A DNA stretch of 64,000 nt from Candidatus Atabeyarchaeum deiterrae (GTDB taxonomy: Archaea > Asgardarchaeota > Atabeyarchaeia > Atabeyarchaeales > Atabeyarchaeaceae): assembly GCA_037310415.1 (NCBI GenBank), contig CP147780.1, positions 1,632,001 to 1,696,000 on the forward strand, in the 5' to 3' direction. Numbering within the stretch: position 1 is the stretch's first letter; each line of letters starts with the position of its first letter. This document shows positions 9,600-20,392 of the stretch, piece by piece. Position numbers and translations under genes: made by a program. The notes under the pieces were generated by a model, which was not told the origin of the DNA, did no database searches, and was given only the letters and a program-made list of their open reading frames with translations.

Positions 9600-10397
9600 C
9601 TACTTCACGGTGATTATTCCACCTGAGACATTTATCGCCTGACCAGTAATGAATTCAGAATCATCTGTAGCTAAGAACACGACTGCTTTTGCAACATCTT
9701 CAGGCTGTTCGAGTCTGCCGCACGGCGTGTACTCAATGAATTCCCTGTCAAGGTCTTCAGGTGTGCGTCCGTCAGCCTCAAGGTCACACATCCATTTCTT
9801 CTCCCTCTTTTGCATGTCTGTCTCCACCATTCCCGGGCAGATGGCATTAACTGTGATGTGGTGTGATGCTAGTTCTAAGGCTAAGCTGGCTGTCAATGCA
9901 ATGACAGCTGCCTTTGATGCGTTATAATGAGCATAGTACTTGGAGCCGGTCTTCCCAGCAACAGAGGCAATGTTGATGATTCGTCCACCTTCCCCACGGT
10001 CAATCAAATACTTCGCGACGCTCTTGGAGCAGAGGAACTGACCCTTGGAGTTCACATCCATGTTGAAATCCCAATCCTTCTCTGACAAGTCGACAACCCT
10101 CGCCATGCTTGAGACGCCCGCGTTGTTTACGAGAATATCGATCTTGCCAAACTCGGCAACTGTTCTTTTAACCATCGCTTCGACATCAGTTCTATTGGTT
10201 ACATCCACTTTCAGAGCCAAAGCCTTTCTACCCAGCGCCTCCACTTCAGAGGCAGTCTCCTTCGCGGTCTCTTTATTTATATCGGCTATGGCTACGGCTG
10301 CCCCTTCCTTTGACAGTGCGATCGCGATGGCCTTTCCTATCCCTTTGCCTGCTCCCGTTACTATTGCAACTCTGCTTTCAAGTCTCATCATTGGCAA
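9600..10397 (-). CDS. short-chain dehydrogenase/reductase (polyol dehydrogenase-like)
   Basis: TGAGKGIG, NNAG, YNASK. Confidence 0.92.
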   Translation of the reverse strand: MPMMRLESRVAIVTGAGKGIGKAIAIALSKEGAAVAIADINKETAKETASEVEALGRKALALKVDVTNRTDVEAMVKRTVAEFGKIDILVNNAGVSSMARVVDLSEKDWDFNMDVNSKGQFLCSKSVAKYLIDRGEGGRIINIASVAGKTGSKYYAHYNASKAAVIALTASLALELASHHITVNAICPGMVETDMQKREKKWMCDLEADGRTPEDLDREFIEYTPCGRLEQPEDVAKAVVFLATDDSEFITGQAINVSGGIITVK

Positions 10398-10497
10398 ACA
10401 ACCTCATTGAATACAGCCATCATATTACTGCCTCCAACTATGCAAAGTCAATGGATAAATCTCTTGCCGTCAATCGATCTCGCTTGAAAGCATCAGT

Positions 10498-11604
10498 TCA
10501 CGGCACTCCAATCATGTGTTGTTTCCAGCAATACCATGGATCTTCAAATGGGGGAAGCGAGAATTCATGCCTCAAAGGAAGACACATGAACGTAGCCGAT
10601 ATGAAGCTGAAGTATCCGCACGGGCGAAGTGACTTCACAATCGCTGTGTCAAATTGACTTGCAAGCGCCATGTGCCACGAGCAGTCCCGCATTTCCCCAT
10701 CCTGTGTCAAGTCTTCGATCACGGACCGTACATATGTTTCCTTCTGGGGACTCTGCAGATCATTTGAGGCAAACAAGTCATTGATGACCCACGTATTGAA
10801 AGTTCTTCCAAAGAACCTCATTCTGAAGACTGATGCCTCAGCTCCACAGATAATTCTGCCAGATTTCTCAATGTACCTGGCCGCAGGCGAGATGGAATTC
10901 GGTGCATCCCTGATGAGCCAGTTCCAAGACTCTCTTGAATAAGGGTGGAAAAGCGGTATTCTTTGAAGAGAATCGTTCATGGCATCGAGGTAATGCTCGC
11001 ATTCTGTCTTATCACTGCAATCGAGTTTTCGTGTTCTTGCTTGACTTTTGGCGAGTCTGCATCGCCTTGAGGATATTCCTGATACCACAACCATGATTGG
11101 AGCAGCGATATTCATTGGTAGAGGAAGATTCCTGATCGCTGATCGGAGTCTTCCACTTTTGCCATGGATGTAGGAGTAGTGAACATCTTTGAATCCGAGT
11201 CTTCTATAGATGCGAGCTCCTCTACCCGAAGGATTGGCGTAAAGAAACATGGCCGAGTATCCTCTCTTATTGGACTCGCTTATTGCCATGCTCATCAAAT
11301 GACCCGCTATTCCTCTTCCTCGCCAATTAGGGGAAGTCGATACGTCATCAATCCATCCGACAACTTGTCTCCGACCATTAACGGATATTTCGCCTTCGCT
11401 GAGCACAAGAGATCCGACAATCTGACCAGTACCTTGATCCTCAGCAAGAAGTATCCCAGAAGGGTCAAACCCAGGCATCCTGAGATACATCCAGATCCAC
11501 TCTTCAAGGGTCCTGTAGGCTTCAAAACATGTATTGAATAGGTCAACCACAGCCTTTGCATCCTTGTTTTCGAACGTTCGGAAGAGCAGTTTCATGGAAT
11601 GCAC
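10498..11604 (-). CDS. GNAT N-acetyltransferase
   Basis: VSTSPNWRGRGIAG, IYRRLGF. Confidence 0.85.
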   Translation of the reverse strand: MHSMKLLFRTFENKDAKAVVDLFNTCFEAYRTLEEWIWMYLRMPGFDPSGILLAEDQGTGQIVGSLVLSEGEISVNGRRQVVGWIDDVSTSPNWRGRGIAGHLMSMAISESNKRGYSAMFLYANPSGRGARIYRRLGFKDVHYSYIHGKSGRLRSAIRNLPLPMNIAAPIMVVVSGISSRRCRLAKSQARTRKLDCSDKTECEHYLDAMNDSLQRIPLFHPYSRESWNWLIRDAPNSISPAARYIEKSGRIICGAEASVFRMRFFGRTFNTWVINDLFASNDLQSPQKETYVRSVIEDLTQDGEMRDCSWHMALASQFDTAIVKSLRPCGYFSFISATFMCLPLRHEFSLPPFEDPWYCWKQHMIGVP

Positions 11605-11764
11605 CTTCGGATTATACGCTAGATTTCACTTCAATGGGGCGGGAAAGGAATGACATGATGTGACCCCATAGCTGGTTTCACCTTACGAGTTCACTCTCTG
11701 ACCATGCACTAGTCTTTTATATGTGAAGGTTTTAACCATATGCTTTAGAAGGTGATTTAAGTCT

Positions 11765-12091
11765 ATGCCAACAATCGCAGAACAAATGAAGGGTCTAGTG
11801 TCAAAATTCAAAGCAGCTGAAGCTAAAGGCTGGAACAGAATTCTCCAGATCACAGTGACTGGAACAGGCGGAGGAGTTTGGCACTTCATAATACAAGACC
11901 AAAAAGTTGAGTTCAAGGAAGGAGAGAATCCAAAGGCCAACATGAAGGTTACAACTGACGTCGCCACTTGGAAATCAATGGGCGAAGGAAAACTTAGCGG
12001 AACAAGCGCATTCATGTCTGGAAAGCTGAAAGCGCAAGGTCCGATGGCCGACCTCATAAAGACGGGCAAAGTATTCCCAGGCATGTTCTAG
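11765..12091 (+). CDS. SCP2 sterol/lipid carrier domain protein
   Basis: GGGVWHF, AFMSGKLKAQG. Confidence 0.9.
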   Translation: MPTIAEQMKGLVSKFKAAEAKGWNRILQITVTGTGGGVWHFIIQDQKVEFKEGENPKANMKVTTDVATWKSMGEGKLSGTSAFMSGKLKAQGPMADLIKTGKVFPGMF

Positions 12092-12215
12092 GTAGGCGGT
12101 GAACGACGACTTCTGGGGTCGACAGGTGAATTAGCCATCCGTTTCCCCTTCTCCTACACTTCTTTTTTGTTCAATCTCGAAATCGCAGAGGTTACTATAT
12201 GTGCCTTGTACAGTT

Positions 12216-12641
12216 TCATGATTTCCTTGGCGGCAATTTCACCATAAGCAACTTCTTAACATCGCCAATATCTTCCTTTGACTCAATTGGCATGAAGAGC
12301 CCGCCCCCTTCGCGAAACTCGTGCGCATCTTCAAGAACTTTCCTCACTTTCCTGCTAAGGGTCAAGTTGAAAGCATTCTCTTTCTCGGCAGATCCAACTA
12401 TGATTTGTACAGTGAACATGCCTCTCCCGGGATACATTGATAATAGTGCTTTGCCTCCTTTTCGATAACGGAGTGCCCATCCATAGTTCTTTCCGTAGAA
12501 ACCAAAATCGCTTTGAATTCCATGATCGTCTGCAATGAATTGAATCAGGTCTTCCCACAACTCTCGTTCGGAACCTACAACCCTCGACATATCCCCGAGC
12601 GTCGGTTGATGCTTCTTGTCTACAAACACGCTAACACCCAT
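12216..12641 (-). CDS. DUF3788-like protein
   Basis: YGKNYGWALRYRKGGKAL, DVKKLLMVK. Confidence 0.75.
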   Translation of the reverse strand: MGVSVFVDKKHQPTLGDMSRVVGSERELWEDLIQFIADDHGIQSDFGFYGKNYGWALRYRKGGKALLSMYPGRGMFTVQIIVGSAEKENAFNLTLSRKVRKVLEDAHEFREGGGLFMPIESKEDIGDVKKLLMVKLPPRKS

Positions 12642-12687
12642 GACAATATTCCCTCAATACTTCTTGTGATGCCTCGCTACAATATGC

Positions 12688-13509
12688 CTAAAGAATCGAC
12701 ACCAAGAAACGGTTAAGACCGTATGCGTCTATCCTTCGGGATTCGGTTTTCATGAGCGGTATTACTCCGGAACGAATAATCTCCCGAGCTTCACCTGCGG
12801 GGAGATGCTTCTTTAGAATCTCTACAAACTGGGTCAACAATAGACCAAGCCTCTTTTTTACCGTCTCATAGTTTGCAGAAAAGACGTCAACCCCGATCAA
12901 GTCCAAAACTGGTCTTGCGCCAGAGAAGTCATACGAGGCCGAAGCCTTGCATCTCTTGCCGAAATCGTCAACATAAGGCTTGAATTCGAACCATAACTGG
13001 TTGTTGCGACTGGGTATCTTCGCGAAAATGGCATCAAAGATCTTCTGGTAGATTTCAAGCACGTCTAGTGCTTTGGCACCCTTGATTACACCGCCTATTT
13101 TGCTCCACTGCTGTACTAGTTGGTCAGCGACCGCCTCAAATGCCTTGAAGTCTGATGACGCTCCCGACCAACTCTTAAGAAACGTCTCCGCCTTTGCCCC
13201 TCTCAAATGCGGGAACATTTCGAGAAAAGAGCTACTCAAATAGCTTACTTGAGCCTTCAAATGGGATTCTGAATCGCTCTTGGCTCCCGTAACCACGAAT
13301 ATAAGGGGATCCGCGTAACGGTAAATCCACTTCGTACCCTTGGTTTCAAGAGCAGAGATCCTGTCGCCCTTCAACCCCGAATCAGAGAAACTCGTGAGGG
13401 CCGAAAGAAACATGGGAATCAGTTCTGTCCCACCTGTCTTCTTGGTGTAACATCTTTCAAGAAGGCAACGTCCGCTGATTTTCTCGATCACCCAGAAATC
13501 TCGAATCAT
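12688..13509 (-). CDS. longin-domain protein with C-terminal helical domain
   Basis: IRDFWVIEKISGRCLLE...FLSALTSFS...FLEMF. Confidence 0.7.
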   Translation of the reverse strand: MIRDFWVIEKISGRCLLERCYTKKTGGTELIPMFLSALTSFSDSGLKGDRISALETKGTKWIYRYADPLIFVVTGAKSDSESHLKAQVSYLSSSFLEMFPHLRGAKAETFLKSWSGASSDFKAFEAVADQLVQQWSKIGGVIKGAKALDVLEIYQKIFDAIFAKIPSRNNQLWFEFKPYVDDFGKRCKASASYDFSGARPVLDLIGVDVFSANYETVKKRLGLLLTQFVEILKKHLPAGEAREIIRSGVIPLMKTESRRIDAYGLNRFLVSIL

Positions 13510-13669
13510 GCGGATGACCCCTCTCCTGCTTCAGATAACGATAGAATCAGAATAATAAATCTGGTGTCGGAGGGGACGTTCTACGTATGAGTTCATTGGA
13601 TCTCGTAGTAATATCGAAAAAGAAAAAGACAGAACTGATCGTTCGTCCTAGTCTGCGCATGAATGCTCT

Positions 13670-14029
13670 CTATTGCTCATCCTCACTTTCTTCAGTCTTT
13701 TCAGCTTCGTGAGGCGCTTCGTCGCTCACTCGTTCACTTTTGCTCTTCAAGGATTCACTCGCTGTCTTACTCATCTTCTTTCCTGCTTGACTCGTTGCAT
13801 CTCCCAGCTTCGTAACCGCAGAACCTGTCGCAATGGTTAGTTTCTTGCCAGTCTCGCTTGTCGCCTCACCCATCTTCTTCGCTGCCGAGCCAAATGCCGC
13901 GCTCGCCTTCTTTCCAGCTTGACCTAATGCTTCGCCCGCCTTCCTCCCAGCGTCGCCTGCCGCCTTACCTGCTTTGTCTGCCGTTTCCTTGAGCTTTTTC
14001 TTGACCTTTTCATCCATTCCCAATTCCAT
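13670..14029 (-). CDS. Lys/Ala-rich 11-mer repeat protein (LEA/apolipoprotein-like)
   Basis: ~7 tandem 11-aa repeats, e.g. KAGEALGQAGK. Confidence 0.7.
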   Translation of the reverse strand: MELGMDEKVKKKLKETADKAGKAAGDAGRKAGEALGQAGKKASAAFGSAAKKMGEATSETGKKLTIATGSAVTKLGDATSQAGKKMSKTASESLKSKSERVSDEAPHEAEKTEESEDEQ

Positions 14030-14167
14030 TCACCTATTCATAGTACTGCCTCTGCATGACAGATAAACATATAGGACGTTACAGCCGTAGAGGCGAAGAG
14101 GCTTTCGTTGACAAAGGGTGGTCGAGGAAGCTCCCACTGAGGCACTAGTGTCGCCAGGAATGCGTTT

Positions 14168-16918
14168 TCACTTCTTCAATGCTCTGAGAATGAGCTTGCG
14201 TAATTCCTCAGCGGCGACCACGACTAACGTTACCAAAAGGAGGTAACCCCAATCGACAGCATTGAGAGCGATCGTTCCAAAGATAGGTTGTAGCCATGGC
14301 AGATAGATTATGGTGGCAAGGATTCCAACCTGAGCGGCGATTCCTGCCAGGATCCACTTGTTGCGCGAGAATCCCATGCGAAACATAGAAACTCGGTTCG
14401 TCCTGCACGAGAGAACATTGGCTACCTGTCCAAGCACGATGCCCGCAAGTGTCATCGTGGTTCCTTTAATGTAGACAAGATCCGAAGTGTCCAACATCGT
14501 TCCCCATTTCCACCCGCCGGCACTCCAAGTCGTTAGACACCCGTACATCGCTCCAGCACCAATAATAAGCCCCACATAGAGAGACCGGAATAGAACCCCT
14601 CTATCAAATAGATGCTGTAGAGTGCTCCTCGGTGGCTTATTCATAATTCCTGGTTCAGCCGGTTCACGACTGATGGCGAGAGATGGGAGGATGTCTATGA
14701 ACAAGTCGATCGCCAAGACCTGCATTACGAGCAAGGGGAGCGGAATTCCGAGGAATGTGTACAAGAAGAAAGGAACAAGTTCAGCCCAGTTGTGAGAGAA
14801 TACGTAGACTATGAAACGCCGAATATTATCGTAGATCGCTCGTCCAGACTCAACCGCCTTAACAATGGAAGCGAAACTGTCATCCAAAAGCACTAGATCC
14901 GCACTCTCATGGGCAATATCTGTCGCAGATGCGCCCATCGCGACTCCGATATTTGCTTCCTTGAGTGAAGGAGCGTCATTAGCACCATCGCCAGTAACAG
15001 CAACGATTTCTCCAGCATCTTTGAGGGATTTGACAATTCGGAATTTCTCCTGAGGAGAAACGCGAGCAAAAATGCAAATTCCATTGCGCACCAGCTTCGC
15101 AATTTCGGGATCACTGAGCTTGTCCAAGTCTACACCACGGAGCAAACGATTATCTCCTGGTTCTATGATGCCCACTTCAATTGCGATGGCTTCCGTCGTG
15201 AACGCCGAGTCTCCCGTGATGATGACGACTTCGATGCCAGCTTGCTTTGCGATCTGAACAGCTTCCTTCACCTCACGGCGAGGCGGATCATACATCGCGA
15301 TCAGTCCAGCAAATACCAAGTCTTCCTCCACGTTACGATCTTTGGAGAACGACTCATTCTGTATTTCCTTATACGCGCATCCAATGATCCGTAGCCCGTT
15401 CCCTGCAAGATCTTTGTAGATGTTCTCTACGTAGGAGAGGTATTCGGGAGTCATGTTGTCGATGGTCCCATCTACCCGAAGTGCTTTAGTGCATGCGGGA
15501 AGTACGCTGAAGGGTGCACCTTTAACACACACGAGGAACTTGTCCTTGAATCGATGCACGGTCGTTTCGCGCTTCCGTTCAGAATCAAATGGAATAAGGT
15601 GGACAATGGGTCTTTCTTCCCGTATGGCCTGAATGTCAAGTCCGTATTTCACAGCTGCAATCAAAAGTGCCCCATCTAGGGTGTCCCCGATGATAGTCCA
15701 GCTTCTCTCAGGTTTTAGTTCTGGAGGAGGTTCAACTTTAGCCAAGTTGCACAGAGCAGCAATTTCAACGAGCTTATCCAGCGTCTGATATTCGCCAAGT
15801 TCAATATCATTGCCCTCCCGAGAGAATACGCCATCGGGACGGTAACCTAAGCCCGACACATCGAAAATGGAATCGCTAGAAAAAAGCTTGCGAACGGTCA
15901 TTTCTCCTTTCGTTATCGTTCCTGTCTTATCCGTGCAAATAGCTGTGACGCTGCCCAGCGTCTGCACCGCTGACAACCTCTTTACTAGTACATTCTGCCG
16001 AGCCATTTGTGCCATGCTGATTGCCAAAGCAGAAGACACAGTCAACTGCAGTCCCTCGGGCATGAGAGAAATAATTACTCCGATCATGAAAAGGATTCCA
16101 GTATAAAGCGAGAGTTGTAGCCAGACCAGTGCAATAACGAAAAAGACTATCCCAACAAACATGCCAAGGACAAAATCCCATTTCGCGGCAGCAGCGATCT
16201 CCTTTTCTAACGGACTCGGAGGATCCCTGATTTCCAAGGTCAGACCTGCAATCTCACCAAACTTCGTGCTCGCACCTGTTGCGAGGACGACCGCTTTTCC
16301 GTGGCCACGTACTACGCTCGTGCTCATAAAGACGAGGTTAGGCGCATCGAGGTATGAACCGTTTTCGTATCTAGCCGCGCCAGCAGTACGGGGTTGAGGC
16401 TCAGCTTCTCCTGTGAGAGGTATGTTATTTACCCATATGTCGTAAGCTTCCGCGAGGCGGGCGTCAGCAGGGACTCGGTCCCCCTGATCCAATGATATCA
16501 TGTCCCCTGGCACCAAATTCTCCACGTGTGTTTTTTGGAGGCGCCCGTCGCGAAATACTTTCGCCGATTCTGGCACCCAACCCTTCAGAGCATCCATGGC
16601 CTTCTCCGCTCGCACTTCCTGCAAAACGCTAGCAAAGGCATTCACTAAGACGATTCCAAGTATTACAACACCGACCACTGGCGTCCCGCTAAGAAATGAT
16701 AAGGCACTCGCAATCAAAAGCAGGAGACTAAACCCATCCTTCAGATAAGCAAAGAACCGCGTAAAAGATAGGTGAGTCGACCTGTGCGGAATTTCATTCC
16801 GTCCGAATTCTGCCAGGCGCCTGGAAGCTTCGCTCGATGTCAGACCCTCTGGAGAGGTTCGAACCTTGAGCAATACCTCTTCTAAAGACGACTCGATGAA
16901 TGCTTTCATATACTTCAC
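14168..16918 (-). CDS. cation-transporting P-type ATPase (P2 type)
   Basis: PEGL, DKTGT, TGD, GDGANDAP. Confidence 0.95.
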   Translation of the reverse strand: MKYMKAFIESSLEEVLLKVRTSPEGLTSSEASRRLAEFGRNEIPHRSTHLSFTRFFAYLKDGFSLLLLIASALSFLSGTPVVGVVILGIVLVNAFASVLQEVRAEKAMDALKGWVPESAKVFRDGRLQKTHVENLVPGDMISLDQGDRVPADARLAEAYDIWVNNIPLTGEAEPQPRTAGAARYENGSYLDAPNLVFMSTSVVRGHGKAVVLATGASTKFGEIAGLTLEIRDPPSPLEKEIAAAAKWDFVLGMFVGIVFFVIALVWLQLSLYTGILFMIGVIISLMPEGLQLTVSSALAISMAQMARQNVLVKRLSAVQTLGSVTAICTDKTGTITKGEMTVRKLFSSDSIFDVSGLGYRPDGVFSREGNDIELGEYQTLDKLVEIAALCNLAKVEPPPELKPERSWTIIGDTLDGALLIAAVKYGLDIQAIREERPIVHLIPFDSERKRETTVHRFKDKFLVCVKGAPFSVLPACTKALRVDGTIDNMTPEYLSYVENIYKDLAGNGLRIIGCAYKEIQNESFSKDRNVEEDLVFAGLIAMYDPPRREVKEAVQIAKQAGIEVVIITGDSAFTTEAIAIEVGIIEPGDNRLLRGVDLDKLSDPEIAKLVRNGICIFARVSPQEKFRIVKSLKDAGEIVAVTGDGANDAPSLKEANIGVAMGASATDIAHESADLVLLDDSFASIVKAVESGRAIYDNIRRFIVYVFSHNWAELVPFFLYTFLGIPLPLLVMQVLAIDLFIDILPSLAISREPAEPGIMNKPPRSTLQHLFDRGVLFRSLYVGLIIGAGAMYGCLTTWSAGGWKWGTMLDTSDLVYIKGTTMTLAGIVLGQVANVLSCRTNRVSMFRMGFSRNKWILAGIAAQVGILATIIYLPWLQPIFGTIALNAVDWGYLLLVTLVVVAAEELRKLILRALKK

Positions 16919-17232
16919 ACTTGTCGTTCAAAGTACAGTCGTCCATGGGAGGATACCTACCCAACTAACTGTTTTCCTAGAATTCTCAGCAGATGGTTCT
17001 TTGCTTACAACAATAATAGGTTCAACCCTAAATGATACAACGCTGTCCGCGTTCACATAGGTCTCAGCATTTAGTAGCTTTCCATATATATCTCTTTTGC
17101 TGGGCAGTACTTTCACGCCAATTCAGAACTCGAATGTACCCACGAATATTGTCACTAAGAAAAAAAGTCATGCGCGCTGGTCGCTAGTTAAGATTCAATG
17201 TTTGCATCATGATTGATCTCGATCAGGTATTG

Positions 17233-18018
17233 CTAGAAGATGATTGAAAGGCATGTTATGCTTCCCTCGCATTTCTTGAATTCCGAAACGTTTAGTTCTT
17301 CCGTTTCAAAGCCTTCCTTCTCAATCAGTTTCTTCGTCTTCGGGTAGCCTTTTGAAACGAAGACCACCCCGTTGATTGCGAGGCAGTTGGCAGCGTAAGC
17401 TTCTTTCTTTGGTAGTTCTATCAGTTTGAAAGATGTGAACACTCGTAGATCGAAGTATCCTGGGTTCACCACGATGCAGTCGTCGCCTATGTAGGAGCAT
17501 GCTGACTTGAAGTGCAGTGCTTTTTCAACTCTCACGGGCATGATATTGCAGCCCTCGTTTATTAGCGCTTCTTTGAGCTTGTTTGCGCCAGCAATATTCG
17601 TCCGGCTTGTGAGTCCAACGAACAGGTTATCCTTGACTTTCAACACGTCTCCCCCTTCGATGGTGCCAGGCGGACGAATGTCTACTAAGGTTTTGAAATG
17701 TCGTTTGAGTGTTTTCCTTAATTCCGCTGTCTCTCCTGATCTTGACTTTGCCCCCATATTGCATATGATCGCAGTTTTCTTATACACTACAGCAGGATCC
17801 TCAACGAAGACGCAATCCGGAAAGGAGTTGTCCGTTAACACTGTTATGAGTTTCAGTTTCCTGTCTTCTAGCGCTCTGCAATAGGCTTGGTGTTGCTTCT
17901 TAGCCTGCTCAACCATGACTTCCTCTCTTAGTGAAAAAGTCCTTACGCATCTATCGAGGGTGTCTGGGACGTTTCGAACGATGGCGAAAGTGCCTTCTGG
18001 TGTGACTTGGCCAGCCAG
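17233..18018 (-). CDS. dimethylarginine dimethylaminohydrolase / amidinotransferase family
   Basis: FPDCVFVED, EGGD, HFKS, GSITCLS; the frame extends to a CTG at 18018 and includes AIVRNVP. Confidence 0.88.
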   Translation of the reverse strand: MAGQVTPEGTFAIVRNVPDTLDRCVRTFSLREEVMVEQAKKQHQAYCRALEDRKLKLITVLTDNSFPDCVFVEDPAVVYKKTAIICNMGAKSRSGETAELRKTLKRHFKTLVDIRPPGTIEGGDVLKVKDNLFVGLTSRTNIAGANKLKEALINEGCNIMPVRVEKALHFKSACSYIGDDCIVVNPGYFDLRVFTSFKLIELPKKEAYAANCLAINGVVFVSKGYPKTKKLIEKEGFETEELNVSEFKKCEGSITCLSIIF

Positions 18019-18284
18019 TTTCTCATCCCACCTATTTGCTTTTGCTTTGCCAGGACGAGCATCTCATTCAAGAGAAAAGAAGCTTTCCCTACTCATATAC
18101 AATATTCAGCTGACTTCCAGAGACGCTGCCTTAACTAGGACCCCGTCTTCGTCGATGGCAGAAGCACGACGACGGAAGAAAGGACAGTTGAACATATAAT
18201 TAGGTTGCTTCGCTTGAGCAATCAGTGCATAGCCTGTTTTGTCTTTGAACGGTGCTTCAAGAACGCGACGGTGAGAGCGGTGTG

Positions 18285-19391
18285 TCATTTGATGAATTCT
18301 GAGAGATCCCACAGGTTGAGACCTCCCATATCTCCGCCAGACACAAGGTGCTTCCCATCTGGGAGAAATGCCATTGTCTCTACCGGTTCCCTCGGACTAT
18401 TGTACTTAGATTCCATTCCGAAGTCATCATGGGAAGGTTTCATCTCGAACTCAGCAATATACTCTCCAGTTTTGAGATCCCACAAGATCAGCAAGGTGTA
18501 ACTAGGTGTAACGAGATAGCGGCCGTTTGGGGAGAGGGCTATGCCACTGCAGCTGCTCAGCCCGCCCTTGTATTCTATTGAATCCAATTGGCTCATCGTG
18601 TGCAGTTCCCAGAATGTTATCTTCGACTCAGAGTCTGCAACAAGATAGTCGCCATTGGGCATCACCGCGATTCCCCCAAGCGGGTCTTGAAGCGTCTTCT
18701 CATATTGCTTTTTGCCACTATGCGTATCCCATAAGACAAGTTTCCTAGACTGGCGTGAGCCAGACGCAAAGAATTTGCCATTCGGTGTGAATGACAACCA
18801 TTGGACGGGTTCCTTGGCCTTTATATCATGCACTTCATCGACAGGTTTGATTCTCTTCAGTTCTGTGGGAGTAATCTGGGAGTCTTCAAGGAAACTCAAA
18901 TCCAGTTTGTACGTGAATACATGCTCGTCGTTGTCTGTAGCCAGCAGATAGCGTTCATCAGGAGAAATAGTGAGACGAAAGATGCTTTTTGCTTTGGTGC
19001 GAAGTACGTAGAAGGCAGCATGTTCAAAAGGCGGCCTCATGGACATGAAGGCAATTGTCCCGTCACTCAGACCCTGAATCAGGCATGGCTTGTGTGGTGT
19101 GATGGCTGAGCAGTATACTTTCGCATCGATGCCCTTGGGGCTGGGTGCACCTATTCCCCGGTTCTCGAAAACTCTCCAGACAAATGTACAACAATTCCAG
19201 TGGGTTCCGAGAATAGCGTCATTGCTAATAGGAACGATATCTCTGATCGGTGTCTGTGCCCCGCGCGGAGGGATGAAGTACTTACGTTCCGTATTGTGTT
19301 CGCCCCAAAAACGCGTTTGATAGTCGGTTAAGTAAAGCTTTTCCCAGTCAGGATTCAGTTTGACTGGATGCCACACGTTGACGATCGACAT
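18285..19391 (-). CDS. WD40 repeat protein
   Basis: Repeated FTPNG/LSPNG/FLPDG...LWD blades. Confidence 0.9.
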   Translation of the reverse strand: MSIVNVWHPVKLNPDWEKLYLTDYQTRFWGEHNTERKYFIPPRGAQTPIRDIVPISNDAILGTHWNCCTFVWRVFENRGIGAPSPKGIDAKVYCSAITPHKPCLIQGLSDGTIAFMSMRPPFEHAAFYVLRTKAKSIFRLTISPDERYLLATDNDEHVFTYKLDLSFLEDSQITPTELKRIKPVDEVHDIKAKEPVQWLSFTPNGKFFASGSRQSRKLVLWDTHSGKKQYEKTLQDPLGGIAVMPNGDYLVADSESKITFWELHTMSQLDSIEYKGGLSSCSGIALSPNGRYLVTPSYTLLILWDLKTGEYIAEFEMKPSHDDFGMESKYNSPREPVETMAFLPDGKHLVSGGDMGGLNLWDLSEFIK

Positions 19392-19727
19392 GCCCCTGAC
19401 CTCCGCTTATCATCAGTAATCGAAGTCATGTTCTTTTCTAAAAAGGCTTTTGATGAGAAGGAGAAAACTAGTCATCATTGGTTATGTCGCTTTGGCAAAG
19501 GAAGAATGAACCTAGTTCGATTCTTGTACTTGAGTTATGAGGATCCAAACCTGGAGACAAGTTCCTTTTCTTCAACCAATTTAATGTAATCATAGACCGT
19601 AAGTATAAATGATGTCAATATGCTGGCTAGGAACGGAAAGCATTTATCAGAGAAATAAATCAAAGTAAATGACAGAAGGCAAGTGCTGTTGGAAATCATT
19701 CTGTTTAGATTAGGGTTATGACGGTCC

Positions 19728-20381
19728 ATGCCACGAGATAAAAGGTACTCGGAGCCTACGCCACGGATCGAGAGTCTATCCGATATGATATTCGGATTAG
19801 CGTTGTCAATCGGAGCGTTCGTTCTGGTCAACAAGCTGCCGGGCAACCTAACCGACATGGTCAGTGATGTGGTACTGTTTGGCTTCAGTTTCTTGATTCT
19901 GATATCTGTGTGGATTAGGTACACAGCCATGATGTCCGTCCTCCCGATGGAAAACAGGACAACGAGACTACTGAACATTATCATGCTTTTTCTCGTGTCA
20001 ATGGAGCCATACGCATTCAATCTGGTAAGCTTAATTGGGCAACCCGAGAGCATCGGACTCGAAGACTATTCCTCTGTCCTTTATTCTATTGACATGGGTG
20101 GGCTAATGCTGATCTTGGCTTTCTTCTCGCACGAACTCTCGATTGAAGAAAAGGAAATCGTGTCTCCGCAGCATGCCTCAAGGTACAGAAATGTCAGAAA
20201 CGTGCTATTTGCTTCTGCCGCAATCTACTTCATCGCAATACTGCCACAGTTTTGGACAATGACTCTTGTGGGTTTACCATTGAGGTTCTATTTCTGGATC
20301 ATTGCCCTCATCGTTTCTTTGCTCAGGAGGGCTTACCAAGTTCCCGGAGAAGTGGCATTGAAGAGAAAGAAAAGAAAGTAG
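19728..20381 (+). CDS. TMEM175 (DUF1211) family channel
   Basis: RIESLSDMIFGLALSI, ~6 TM helices. Confidence 0.8.
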   Translation: MPRDKRYSEPTPRIESLSDMIFGLALSIGAFVLVNKLPGNLTDMVSDVVLFGFSFLILISVWIRYTAMMSVLPMENRTTRLLNIIMLFLVSMEPYAFNLVSLIGQPESIGLEDYSSVLYSIDMGGLMLILAFFSHELSIEEKEIVSPQHASRYRNVRNVLFASAAIYFIAILPQFWTMTLVGLPLRFYFWIIALIVSLLRRAYQVPGEVALKRKKRK

Positions 20382-20392
20382 TTGATCGGGAT

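Noticed and set aside
14110-14160. GAGGAAGCTCCCAC, reminiscent of an RNase P conserved region
   Set aside because: The intergenic space is too short and other conserved regions are absent
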